From Gordius albopunctatus (taxonomy: Eukaryota): DNA of 64,000 nt. The stretch is from positions 15,004,001-15,068,000 of the forward strand of contig OZ193909.1 of NCBI GenBank assembly GCA_964276515.1, in the 5' to 3' direction. The position numbers and the translations under genes are program-made. Below the pieces are notes generated by a model. That model was given only the letters and a program-made list of their open reading frames with translations, did no database searches and was not told the DNA's origin. Every line of letters begins with the position of its first letter. The first letter of the stretch is position 1. Below are positions 52,201-64,000 of this stretch, one piece after another.

Positions 52201-55200
52201 AAACCGAAGTTTATTATAATTTAGGCATATTAAAGACTATTATACCGCCACTATAATAATTCTTTTTCAAGCACATCAAAATAATTAAAATATTTTTTGC
52301 AAGGGAAACGATTCAAGGAGAGCAGTCAAGTGATTATCAGGCACGTCACAATGAAAAATTAATCGGAAAAGTAAAAACTAATAAGGAATACAATGATCAG
52401 AATTGCTTAATTACTTTAGAAGTGTGTAGTGAAATTTCAGTTTTTTGCAAAAACTGCATGAAAATTTGTAAAAACTTATGTACCTTAAAACTTAATGATA
52501 AAATAGTTTAAACCCTTCTAGCTATTATAATTCATACAATACTGGAAGTTACAAAATGACATATATTGCTTAAATCAAGAGTCGATTCAGTTTATAAGGG
52601 TATCATACGAAAAGTAATGCATATTAATTTTCCTTATATGTTTGGACTACATTACCCTAGAATTATTCTTAAAAAAAGTAAGTTTTAAATCAATTAAAAC
52701 CAATTTCTAGTCCCGTAGAACCCATTAAACTCACCTCTGAGTAAAAGGAAGGCGACGGGTCGTGATAAAACACACTGGTGCAAACTTGAGATGCGCCGTT
52801 AAAGAGGGGTAGTCCTGAGCCATTAGGATAATCGTCCGTTTCTCTACACTCTACCAAGCAATAGATATTTCGAGCCTAGATAAAATTAAAATTAAATTTA
52901 TCGCTCGTTATTGAGCTAATATTAGAGTAGAGGATATAGGGTTTGCTCCCAGAATTTTATCCAGATTTATAACAAATATTTGCCAAATGTGCTTAGTTTT
53001 ATTTTGAACATTATATATAATATTAAATAATTTATTTGATTAAATATAGTAAATGAGTGTTTTTAAACGAAAGTGCGCTCAAGTATGCAGAACGCAATTA
53101 AAATCTCGTTATTATTATTCTAGTTGTATATCTTAGGGTACCATAGGTTCTTTAAGTGAACAATCCTAATATACTTTCAATCTAAATTGCAAAATTTTTA
53201 TGCCGACCAATAAATCATAACTCTACTAATATCATATAATATTTTTTTAATCGCAATTTATAAACTAGACAATATTGTACCCGCAGCAAAGTATTGTAAT
53301 TTTATATAGTACCCTGGGAAAGGAAGACTGTTCTTGATAATTCAAATGCTTCGGGTAAATGTAAAGGCGATTGATCATGCCTCCGTACGGCTTATAAGAG
53401 GAGAGTGGTCTAGAGGGGTGATCGAATTCTTGAAGCTTTTCTTCCCCTTCCCCCTCCAACATATTGGAATAATCCAAAACTGTCATGCTGTGCACCACTT
53501 GGCCGGGTATTACAGTGTGCCTCATCTTGTCCACTTTGCGATATTCCCTGAGAAATTTGACCAGCAACTCTGATAACGTTTGAGATTTTACTACCTCCTC
53601 CGTAAGGAATCCCTTTAAAAAGGCGTAGAAATGTTATTAAAGTAACAGAAATTTATCCCTATTTAGAAGCTGGATTGCCCAACCGAAGGGATAGATATTC
53701 GTTGCCTTGTTGTAATTTAGCTGAGGTTTAAGACATATAACTACAATTGGCATGGGCGTAACCACAATTGCAATTCAAGGGGGCCAATAATAATTCAGGG
53801 TGGGCAAAATTAAAATTTATTGAAATTTTAGCCTCAATTATACTGATTTTTAAAGATTTTTGGATATTAAAGGGGGGCAGCCGCCCTCCCTGCCAACCCC
53901 TGGCTAAGCCCATAACAATTGAAGCACAAATCGGAGATATGTAGACTTTGAAAATATTATTTTTTAAATTATTATTAAGGAAAGAAGAACGTTTGTCCCC
54001 AAAAGACTAGTTTAATACTTTCAAAGAAATTATATATGCGTGGCATGTGCGTAGCCAGCATTGGAATTAGAGGGGGGGCAATAATGATTTAGCGAGGGGC
54101 AAAATGATCATTTTATAAAATTTTAATAAATTTTAACAATTTTTGGATTTAGAGGGGGCAGCCGTCCCTTCCTGATCCCCCCCCTCCTGGGTTACGCCCA
54201 TCCATGTATGGTCGTTACAATGATAACTCTTTTTTTGCATTTGCTAAAATATAATATTTATGAGGAATTAGTTCAGTTATGTTACTTAGTTAAGGTTCAG
54301 GTTTCGGATTTTAAAAAAAACGTAACTACTCCAAATTTAATTTTGAGAAAGCAAACTGGTTAAGAACGGTATCTAGTTCCGTCACCGTTTAAGGAAATGA
54401 ATTAGTTCTCAACTCACAGCTCTAAATCGAAACAATGGCAAACAAAACAATTTTCAATCTTAAATTTTAATTACTATTGTATAAGTCAATCTTCAAACTA
54501 ATAAAACTCTCATACAAATGGTTTAAGCTTAAACCCAGAACCAATATTTAAAACATTCCTGCCCAAATTTTCGCCTACAAAATTCCTCAAAATTTTTTTA
54601 TGAAAGTTCATCCTAAATTGCTGCACAAAAAACCCAAAAATCTGTATAAACGTGCGTTGATAATGTAAACCCTAACGCATTGTTCAGCATCAGAAGGTCC
54701 AGGATTGTTGTGAGGAAATGTGTAAATGCCGAAAGCGCCATCTATATTAAGTTTTAACTTGGAATCTTGCCCTCTAGTTAATAAGGGCTTCACAGCAATG
54801 GCGAAAGGCATCCAAGGACCGTCCACTTCACTTGCAACATATTTATCGCGCTGTTCTTTAACGGTTTTAAAATATTTTTCGGCAGTCTTGCATTTGTTAT
54901 TTTGAGCATCTTGACGCGGTAAATTTCTGTACGGGGCCGTGCATTCCGAGATCGATCCTTTAAGCAAAATTTTTTCCACACAAATAACCAGGTACATCAG
55001 CTCGTGGGATCCGCGAATTCCAAAAATAGCCTGCTTCCGAGCAAATAACACAATTTTATGGGGAGCTAACCTTTTGAGAAAAGGAATAATCTGTTAAGTC
55101 CCTAAAATTTTAAAAGGTTTCCGCAATTAGCATAAGGTTAACCCTCTTTAATGACGATTATAAGTTTATTATAAACCTGACTCATAAAAACTATCGGTGA

Positions 55201-57424
55201 TAGGCTTAAAATCATTTAGTATCCCTGAATTCAACGCCAATGGAGTCGATTAGACCCCAAAACGTGATTATTTAAAGTAAAAAATATAAATATATACGGT
55301 AGTTGGGGTAGAGCTTGAGGCAGGGATTCCACAGTCACCTATATGATCCGTAGTTAGCGATAGGGCACTCATATTGATGTCGAATTCAAATGTTTCTGTA
55401 ACTCGACAATTATGTTTGGCGTCATAAACAGCCACACACGTTTTATAAGTTTCGATCTGCAAAAATAAATTCATGAAACATGCTAAATTTAGATATATAG
55501 TACTTTTTTAATAATGTAATTTTAAGTAGCGTTTGCGGCAATTCAAACAAAAAAATAATTCGGCTTTAAAAAGAATATAAAACTAAACTATTTGAGTTAT
55601 GCAATAAGCTACTTTTTTAATGAGAAATAATTCAATATCGCAAAATACTTGATATTGCTGAGAATAAGCCCAGTGTATAGTAAAAATTTTGATAATTTAA
55701 TTGAATTTCAATGATGATATAGGGAGGGGCAAAATGATAAATTTAAATGGCGCGGGGAGGGGGCATCTGCTCCTAACTGTCCGCCGTGCATTCAACAAAT
55801 ATTAATTGTAATTGGTTTTTGGCAATTAAGTAATGCAATTCAATAATAGAAATAAGATATATAATTATAATTTGATAGGCAGGGTTAACAAAATTTGGGT
55901 TTGTAAAATAAAAATGAAATATTTTAAGTTACTTGTAAATCGTTGAGTCTTAAAGCAAAAACGATATCTTGACATGAAAAATTAAAACACAACTCATCTG
56001 AGGAAGATGGTAAAGGTGGTGCAATAGCTGATTTATCCTAAAAAAGGGTAAAAGATAAAAATATAATGAATAATTTGGCAAAGGATCTCAAAATTTCAAA
56101 AATGTTAATAAATTCAAACCTGGTAAATTAGGGGGTAGTTGATAAAGATGTTATAATTATTAGGATATTCAAATTTTCTATCATTTTTGTTTTCTTCATT
56201 ATTGTGGCCTATACAATAAAAAAATTATTATTGAAAAATCAACATTTATTTTATACCTTCTGATTGATTTGTCTCATTTGATTTAATTATTTGCATTAAT
56301 ATATCATACCATTGTTTGCATTGAAGTTCATCATTGAAGTTTAACTGTAATTTGGTTGTTAAACATATCTCTAATGTGGCATTTGCAAGCTTTGATATTC
56401 TTTGTATTGTTAGAGAATTGTCCAATTCAAAGCGGTTTTTCAAAAAAACTTGTGGTTGATGTTTGTGCAAGTAATCCAATAAAAGCATATAATTTTTATT
56501 TTTTGAGGATTCATGGATCAATGGTTTTAACTCAGAATCTTTGTACCAAGTCAAAATGTAAATTGTATTTTTAGGGTATACACCTGCAAATATTTTTGAC
56601 AAAACAACATATTTCTTATCAAATTTATATTTTGGGCAATAAGTGTCAATTTGTGGAATGTTATTTAACTGTTGCACTGACATGAGAAGATACCCTTCAA
56701 GTATAATTTCTTGACTACATATGGTAGGGGTGAAGGGAACTATATTTAAGTATTGATAGTTTGGTGGTTTTTTCCTATCATTTATATCATGCTCATACAA
56801 AAAATCAACAAATTTAAAATCCTTTGGGCTAAATATAAAATAGCAATTAAGTTTATTGAACCATTACCTTAGGAATTTTGTATACGTCCCATTATATTCT
56901 ATGTAATTGAATTTTAAGATTGTATTTTGTTTTTTAGATTGAATTTTTAAGGTTGCTGTGATAAATAGACTGTGTCGATTAGCATCAATATTAGCAGTCA
57001 CAAACATTTTATCTTGCATTGCCGGTATTTTTAAGATCTATAAAAATATTTAGATAAGGGTAAAGTTTCTCAACTCAATTGCAATAAGCTAGTTATAATA
57101 AGTATCTGATAATGAACAATAATAAATATTTTAAAAAATTTTATACACAATTTTTTAATGAAAAACAAATTATATCTTACAGAATAATTATCAGTTGGGA
57201 AAACTAATATATCTTTATACAGACTGTCCATTAAATGCCTTTGATTTTTTAACAAATACAGCTCATAATCAATTAATTCAATATTCTGCCAATAGTCCTT
57301 AAATTGCAAATATAAATCAAAGTCCAAAATATCAATATACTTGATCTGAGTTCAATATTTTTTCTCTTATTTGAATCGCACTACCTTCCCTATAAAGAGC
57401 TTTTGTAAAAGATCTTTCCCCCAT
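37276..57424 (-). CDS. DOCK9: Dedicator of cytokinesis DOCK-D subfamily GEF (Zizimin; DOCK9/10/11-like): PH, DHR-1 (C2) and DHR-2 domains, multi-exon
   Basis: N-terminus MGERSFTKALYREGSAIQIR and IELIDYE...LVFP. PH-like exon at 56257-56828. DHR-1 segments NRLYIYPKHLNY...ARNI and LPLVLTPKHHLLFTFYHVS. DHR-2 segments LARSYSYNPELRRTWL, FEVPFTK.GK..G.IAEQYK, CFPYIKTRIP...LSPLEAAIDEM and LQLQLQGAISTQ|INSGPLAYAQAFL. Last exon 37350-37276. The exact vertebrate paralogue cannot be assigned. Confidence 0.93.
40089..40862 (-). mobile_element. Non-autonomous Helitron (774 bp) in DOCK intron
   Basis: On the minus strand it starts A|TCTATATA with a (TATG)n microsatellite and ends CTAG|T. Subterminal hairpin GCCAAAGC-AAC-GCTTGGC at 40102-40119. 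No TSD. A partial second 3' end lies at ~39866-39892. Confidence 0.8.
48272..49243. mobile_element. MITE family C with duplicated 3' terminus
   Basis: TIRs as family C; TSD atacttat/acacttat (7/8 match). Confidence 0.85.
49811..50240. mobile_element. Foldback-type MITE with ~90-bp imperfect inverted repeats
   Basis: acgcgcgaaa...gccaagtgaatttttg.gctaatttatcaaacttttcatt... is mirrored at ~50155-50240. Confidence 0.75.
50721..50883. mobile_element. MITE family B copy
   Basis: tagtgttgaaaaaag ... ctttttacaacacta. Confidence 0.75.
53751..53914. mobile_element. MITE family A copy
   Basis: catgggcgtaacca ... tggctaagcccata; TSD acaattgg/acaattga. Confidence 0.8.
54044..54201. mobile_element. MITE family A copy
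   Basis: catgtgcgtagcca ... gggttacgcccat; internal sequence similar to 61591-61761. Confidence 0.75.
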
Positions 57425-58584
57425 CGTCGGGCCCTACCCTCTATAAAAAATCCACATGTTTTTATGAATGAAAATAAATCATATGACTGGTAACCTGCTG
57501 TTAATTTTTTTTTAAAGTAAGTCTTTATTAAATGGTATACAAAAAATTACATACACGACAAAAAAAATATAAAAACGCGCTATAACTAAACGGATGGCAT
57601 TGATCCGTGTATGGATATTGTGTTGGATTTAACGATTCCCATTGTGATCTTTTTCCCAATAAAAAAGTACTCTTTCAAATCTAATTATAATTATGTTTAA
57701 CATCTATCCATAAACTAAATAGACTGCCAATCAACGCACAAATTGTGCAACATTTTTCCACCATTTCAATGATAACATGATAAAATATAGATATTGTTTT
57801 TTTCATAATTTTTGCAAATTAAACAAGCTTAAAAATGTAAATAAAAAAATAATGAAGTGGGAGATATCACAAACAGCATTCTACAATAAGTATAATTTAC
57901 ACAATACATAAAAATTAAAAATGTAAAAACAGTGATGAAAGTTTGTTTGATAACATAGCGCCATCTATTTTGTATAATATTAATTTATTGACGTTCGTTC
58001 TTATAAACTAGTGACAAAGGTAAATTGACTGTAATAGTGTAAAATGACATGATTGAAATACATCAGTACTTGTCTTCAAAATGGAGGAAAATTTGACACA
58101 AAATTTATCATATATAACATATGACATGAGAAGCTTGTGTCTATGCATCTATCTTATAACTCAGAACTTCTCCAAATGATTTAAGCAAATTTTTAGGGCC
58201 TAAGATATGGCTAACAAATTTTATGCTAAGATTTATTCCAAGTGGTCACATATCCACTTACAAATTGTTTAATCACAGCAATTTTTAGATTTTGATAGTG
58301 AGGGATTAAAAATGAATATAATATGCCAATTTGTAAAATGCAACTTGGATATAAAATATTACCTAATCAACTGTGAATTCTCCCAGTCCTTATTGTTCAC
58401 ACAATGTGCCAACTTGTGCTAATATATTTTTTTATTTAATTTGTTTACTAGAAGTTATAATCACTATAAAAAGTCAGAGCATATAAAAACGAATAAATTA
58501 GAGCTCAAAAGCCTCACAGATATCATGCTCGAAAAGCGACCAACTATCGGCCAGAGATTTGAAATTGTATTTGGAAGTTAGGAT

Positions 58585-59613
58585 CAGAGACCAGAAATGC
58601 CCGACCCGCTGCCCGGCCCCAACTGTCTTAAATTTTAATTTACGGGCGGGCCCGGGCGGGCACGCTGATAAGATTCTGGCAATTCGGGCATAAATCCTAC
58701 TAAATTATCTTCTTACCTTTTTATTAGATTGTATATCGCGTTCGCGAATGCTGCCACCCCCCTTTCTTTCAGATCCCTAGCTACATTTATGGAGGATTGA
58801 ATTATTTATATTTATGTAGCCATTTCATTGTTCGCAATACACATGTGTGCCTTCTATGCTTAAAACAGAGGCGTCATGCCATTTTCTCACAATGTATGCG
58901 CATATAAGTGTTTAATTCTAATTCGTTAATTTTTTTAACAAATAAAATTTCTTTCAGCCTTTTTGATTCCTACTTATTTTTATAATACATAACTAATTCA
59001 CAACCATTCTTTTTTTGCTTAAAATAAAAATTTTTATTCTAAAAGTAAGTAATACTAATTTAAATAATTTTTTATTTATCAATTAAAATTGTGTAACCTA
59101 TGATTGGTTTTGCCAGCGATGATATAATATAAAAAAAACTCTGAGCAAATTTTTTTGCATTAATTTAGGAGATTTGATTTGTCCGTTCCAAGTTTAGTCC
59201 ATTGGTTTTTAAGCTTTATATTTTTAAATCTTTTTATTATATAAAATATCGTGCTTGATCTTAAATCTTAATTGGATTTAAAATTTTATTAATCAGGCCG
59301 GGCAGCTCTAATGCTTCGGGCATGGCCGAGCGGACACTTAGAAGGGTTCAGGCGGACAATTTAGTTAAAAATTTGGACCGGGCCGGATTCGGGAAGAAAA
59401 ATTTAAACAAATCTGACCTCTGTTTGGGATCTCATAAATTCGGGACTAACGCCCAAATTTAATATTTTGGGCCGGGAAATTCGGCAGCTTTAATGATTTG
59501 GGCGGGCCCGGGCGGACACTTAGATGGGTTTGGGCGGGCCTGGGCGGGCAATGAAGTAAAAAATTGAATCGGGCCGGGTTTGGGCAGAAAATTCCAAACA
59601 AATCTGACCTCTG
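58585..59613. mobile_element. MITE family C (hAT-like, ~1.03 kb) with duplicated 3' terminus
   Basis: Perfect 8-bp TSD GTTAGGAT on both sides. Termini CAGAGACCAGAAATG / CAAATCTGACCTCTG. Confidence 0.9.
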
Positions 59614-59744
59614 GTTAGGATGCCAATTTTTTGTTTAAATGAAAAGTTGAAAATTTGGCAACGTCTTCCTACTTTTTAAAAAACTAATCGCGCTTGGTTC
59701 GAGATTCATAGACCTCTCGGGAAATACTTTTCTGTCAGGATCCA

Positions 59745-60545
59745 TCTTCACACTTCTATAAGTCATAATATGATCTTCGCGTTTTTGATAGGTGTTGACG
59801 ATCGCCATGTCGTATTCTTGAGATACTTGGAGAAGTTTTTACCCTTATTTGTTCTTCAGACCATGCCCATAGCATCCATGATTGCGTTCATACCCGAGTC
59901 AATCTTTCGCCCTATTAATTAGCCTTTCTTCCTGCCCTATTCCTTGTATTTCCTTTTCCAATGAATCGGAGAAAATGTCTCTCTCTGATTCCATACACCC
60001 AATTTGGGAAACATACGCACATAACGGTTAGGAGGCTCATTTGATCTGCAATCTTCACACGCATCAACCTGTCTGAACCTCACTTGACTTCCATCACCTT
60101 GTCCTTGAACGATTCGCTTAGAAAGATACCGACCCCATTTATACTTGGTGACCCACTGTAGAATAGTTTGTATTCTTCTCGTAATTCACGAGCTTTAGTT
60201 CCGTTCCCCCTTGTCTCTTGTAGACAGACGATTTGTAGCTTTCTTCTTTTTAGCATTTGTGCGACCTCGATGCTCTTTCCCATATACGTTCCAATTCCAG
60301 CACGTTATTCGCATTCTTTCCACAACTAATTTCCTTAACCGCCTTCGTTGTGAGTTGGGCATTAACCCTAGTTATTATTCACATTACACGAGCGGGTATT
60401 CAGTGCGCGTCGTTTGTGGACCACGCCCTAGCTTTCTGTTGAAAAATTTTGTTAACTATCATAATTTTAGAGTTGGTTTTTGTAGCCGATTTCCAACCTG
60501 ACGGCAACATCCCACTTTTTGCACACGGACTTGGGACCGTCGTAG
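59745..60545 (-). mobile_element. Decayed RTE-clade non-LTR retrotransposon 5' fragment (5'UTR + AP endonuclease)
   Basis: GKSIEVAQMLKRRKLQIVCLQETR...YKLFYSG...NGVGIFL...DRLMRVKI and HG.YGHG..N...DMAIVNTY.KREDH.MTYRS, broken by stops and frameshifts. RTE-like leader GACGGTCCCAAGTCCG. Confidence 0.85.
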
Positions 60546-61590
60546 GTAATGTTAGGAAGTACAATGAATTTATTTCTAAAAAATTGCGCTGTGTATAGGT
60601 TATTTTGAATTTTTTAGCTAATCCGATATAAGTGCCAGTAATTGCGTTTTTTAACGTTTATTCAGCGATTCATTTAGATTTGATAAAACTTATAAAGCAT
60701 CAAGAGACAAGGAAAGAATGAATCTTAATTGTCATAAAAATAATGGCGACTGATACTTAATATTCATTTTATATAAAATACATTAATGGCACACAAAATT
60801 TTAATAAAAAATACATTTCCACTTGCCATAGCTATAAGTTCACTAAACTCCTTTTTATTTTTAATTGAAAGTTTGGAATGAGTTAAAAATAAAGGCTCAG
60901 TTAAACTTATATGTATTATATGGGCATATAAAAGCCTGGCTTTCGCCAAGAAGGGTGACCAATTCCATTCCCATTCTCGCTATATTGCCCCTGAAAGTCA
61001 TTTTGCACTCCTTCCATATCAAATCTTGGTTAAGCCTGTGCTTTAAAGTGTATAAAACATTATGATAAATCTTTTAAGATAAATCACCCTAAGTATTTTA
61101 TGTGTTTAAAATTATTAAGGGATTTAGGGGCTTTTTGTCTTTTTGGCCTATTATTTTCATTCCTACTACCCTAATATATATTTCAAAAAAATTTAATGGC
61201 GGACCATATTGGCATTCTCAATGCCATTTGATAACAGCAAAATTAAAATTTTTCCATTTTTACGATACTGCTCAGCCATTTTTAACCCATGATTAAATCT
61301 CAAGTTTTATAAGTGTCTTAGGGATCTGATGGGGGCGGGGGTTCCCAAAAATCCGGACATATTTAATGCACATAAAAAAATTTACGGTAATTTCTTAATT
61401 TAAACGAGCTTGCTAAAATATGCTTATATGATTGTTGGGCAGTTGGCGATATAAACACAAAAATGATTAGCGGGCGGGTGAAATAAAAACCATTCAGGCG
61501 ACGGGCGTAGTTTGGGTCTTGAACATTAACTTAGAAAATCCCCTAGCATCACATCCGAAATATATTTTGACTTATACTAAATACTATCCT

Positions 61591-61761
61591 CATGGGCGTA
61601 GCCAGCTTTGGAATTAGAAGGGGGCAATAATGATTTAGGGAGGGGCAAAATCAATATTTTTTGAAATTTTACCTATAATTTTAATAAATTTAAACAATTT
61701 TTTAGATTTAGAGGGGGGCAGCCGCCCCTCTCTGCCCCCCCCCCCCTTGGCTACGCCCATG
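61591..61761. mobile_element. MITE family A, well-preserved copy
   Basis: Perfect 14-bp TIR CATGGGCGTAGCCA/TGGCTACGCCCATG; TSD actatcct/actatcat. Confidence 0.9.
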
Positions 61762-62461
61762 ACTATCATTGATATACCGCGCTACAAAAATATACAAAAT
61801 GTGTGTCATTCTTTGGCAACAATGGGCCTAGGAAAGTCAGGGAGAGGAGCCCTTGGGATAAACGTGATTTTTGGTCAAATTTTCCAAGAATGTTGGCATG
61901 ATAAATGGAAAATTTGAGGAGCAAAAACAAGTCAAACACGAGGGATGAAAATAAATGTGAAAAATGATATTTATATAATAAACAAGATAACCTCTGTGAC
62001 TTTTTCACATCTCTAACTTTCCCTCTCACAATAAAATTTAACATTGCGAGTGGGGGGCCTTGACCGTGATTTATTATAGTTTTTTTTCGTCGTAAATGAT
62101 AATCTCCCCAACTTGGCACATACACTTATCATATCACTCGACCAGTCATGCATGACATACGATGAATACATTATAACAACAACACGGCAAGATTCCCCTG
62201 CCATATGCTTCTCTATACTTTAGCGAGGGTCGCTACGCTATACTACCTGCTGCTGAGAGCAAAGGTAATTCAACGATGTGAAGCTATCCTCACTCAGTTT
62301 GTATGTTAATGGTAGATGGATGACGAAGCAAACATAGTATAAACATAGTTTGTAATTATTTTATTCCAAAATTTGAATGTTTACCCAATGGGTCGAGAGG
62401 TAAGAATTACAGAAATGAGATTATTCGTTTCCGGCCCGTATATACAAAAGTAACCTCTTTA

Positions 62462-62616
62462 CACGGGCGTAGCCAGTGGGGGCTGCTGCCCCCTCTAAAT
62501 TTAAAGACTTGCTGAAATTTATAAAAATTTTGGCAAAAATTACAAAAAATGATCATTTTGCCCCTTCCTAAATCATTATTGCCCCCCCTCTAATCCCAAT
62601 GCTGGCAACGCCCATT
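62462..62616. mobile_element. MITE family A copy
   Basis: cacgggcgtagcca ... tggcaacgcccatt; internal sequence is the reverse complement of the 61591 copy. Confidence 0.75.
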
Positions 62617-64000
62617 AAACTTTTCGTGAGAATCTTTAACAAGATTATATTAATTAGATCATCCCATTTGGGGCAAACAAATCTGGGAGACAATCCAAAA
62701 TTTTGGCACGTTTTTAATTATCCTCTTTCACTGCGTCGCAATAGACATCATCCTAAAAGTGGTGGTCTTTGAAGTTTACCGCCAATTCGCTCGGTGAATA
62801 CCGAATTGCTTCGTAGTAGTCCCCTTAATTCAAAAAGGGACCGGTTAAAATTTGGGGCGCATTTAATTTTATATGTCGGCACTCCTCCTTTGTAGTGATC
62901 GGCTTTTAATTTAATGCCTGCTACTAGGTAAAACCCTCTCTTTTTAATAGTAATAAAACCGAAAAAGGCAACTCCAAGTCATAATTATGTGTGGCTAGGT
63001 ATTGCAAAAAATGTAATTGTAGTGTTAGTTTTAGATGCGCACCAATCTTGCTTAAATTGCTTGAAGTAGTGTTTTTAAAGTAAGAAAAGGTGGAAGGGCC
63101 AGCCCAAACCCAGCGCTACTTACTGCGTGCTGATTAAACTTAATGGGCGCTAAGCAAGCACATTATTTTACTTGTTGAGTTTATATGCGTAGGAAGGGAT
63201 GGAGAAATGGATATCAAGCAAGGGTTAAAAAGGGATACCGCCCCCATCTCATCATATGCCAGGCAGGCGGCTTTTGCAAGAAGATGAAAGAGGGTTCCAT
63301 AACGAAACATAACATCATTGTATTTTGTAGTAAGTAACGAAGGGTTGGAAAAGGTGTTTTTCATGCGCACGAGGCAATGCTACTTTCCGCTTCGCACTAG
63401 GGAAAATATCACCCTAGTTCCCCCTACCTACCCGTACCCACCCTAGCTTTAGCTAGTGCTGCTGACTTCCTCTCATCTAACACATATTTAGTTTAATAGC
63501 GCGATCAACCTAGTCTAGTGCTTATCCTAGCAAGCATTAATAAAACCCATGGACCGAGACCGTGTAAACTGATCTCGCCTCGCACATATTTATCCCCCCC
63601 CCCCCCCCATCTCACCCGCGTCCGTCTATAATAGCTTCTAGTGTAACTATCGTCGTCGTAGTGTTACAGAAATCGTTCGGAATATACTACATTAGATGGA
63701 ATAGTAGGAGGACATAGCATAGGTTGTTGAATTTTAACCTGCAACCCTCCTAACTTTTTACACGATGATCACGTAACACATATAAGTAAGAGCATAGTGA
63801 GTGAGTGAGTCTATGTAATATACCATTTCATTTATACACTTACAAGGGGGACTCTATTTACTTACCGCCACACATCTCCTTTTTAATATGCGAAATTATT
63901 GATTTTAACTTTTTACTCTTTTTCCCCCCGTTTCTCTCTGTGTATCAACCCCCTTTCGTTCCCTCATCATTTTCCATCATCATTCGTATTGAATCTCGAA

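Noticed and set aside
58050..58180. Divergent gene start upstream of DOCK (MEENLTQ...)
   Set aside because: Short frames that hit stops, with no convincing splice donor or homology.
60470..60560. HDV-like ribozyme at the RTE 5' end
   Set aside because: I could not fold a nested double pseudoknot by eye, and the leader looks truncated.
62650..62830. Stop-codon reassignment suggested by in-frame TAG/TAA in a coding-like stretch
   Set aside because: TPR and DOCK exons are free of internal TAA/TAG and terminate at TAA, so decay or non-coding DNA is the simpler explanation.

Overview
AT-rich, intron-containing invertebrate (metazoan) genomic DNA with a 200-N scaffold gap at 4374-4573. Two large convergent multi-exon host genes dominate the window. 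One is nucleoporin TPR/Megator (+, ATG 13714 to TAA 36247). The other is a DOCK-D (Zizimin, DOCK9/10/11-type) GEF (-, ATG 57424 to TAA 37276). Both have many 35-50 nt micro-introns and larger introns filled with MITEs. The first ~8.4 kb is a scrambled mobile-element block built from a 2.53-kb chimeric unit: a gag-like ORF1 fragment, an inverted reverse transcriptase, a hAT dimerisation-domain fragment and AT-rich DNA. The unit occurs as a near-perfect inverted repeat (63-2594 vs 5510-8040) and appears tandemly reiterated. The RT has a DIRS-like backbone, but several motifs resemble hepadnavirus polymerase; this is the most interesting signal in the window. Two of the rearrangement breakpoints fall in the same 14-bp motif. 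Also present are several hAT-type MITE families with 8-bp TSDs, a non-autonomous Helitron and a decayed RTE-clade LINE 5' fragment. All homology calls come from motif recognition by eye, not database searches.
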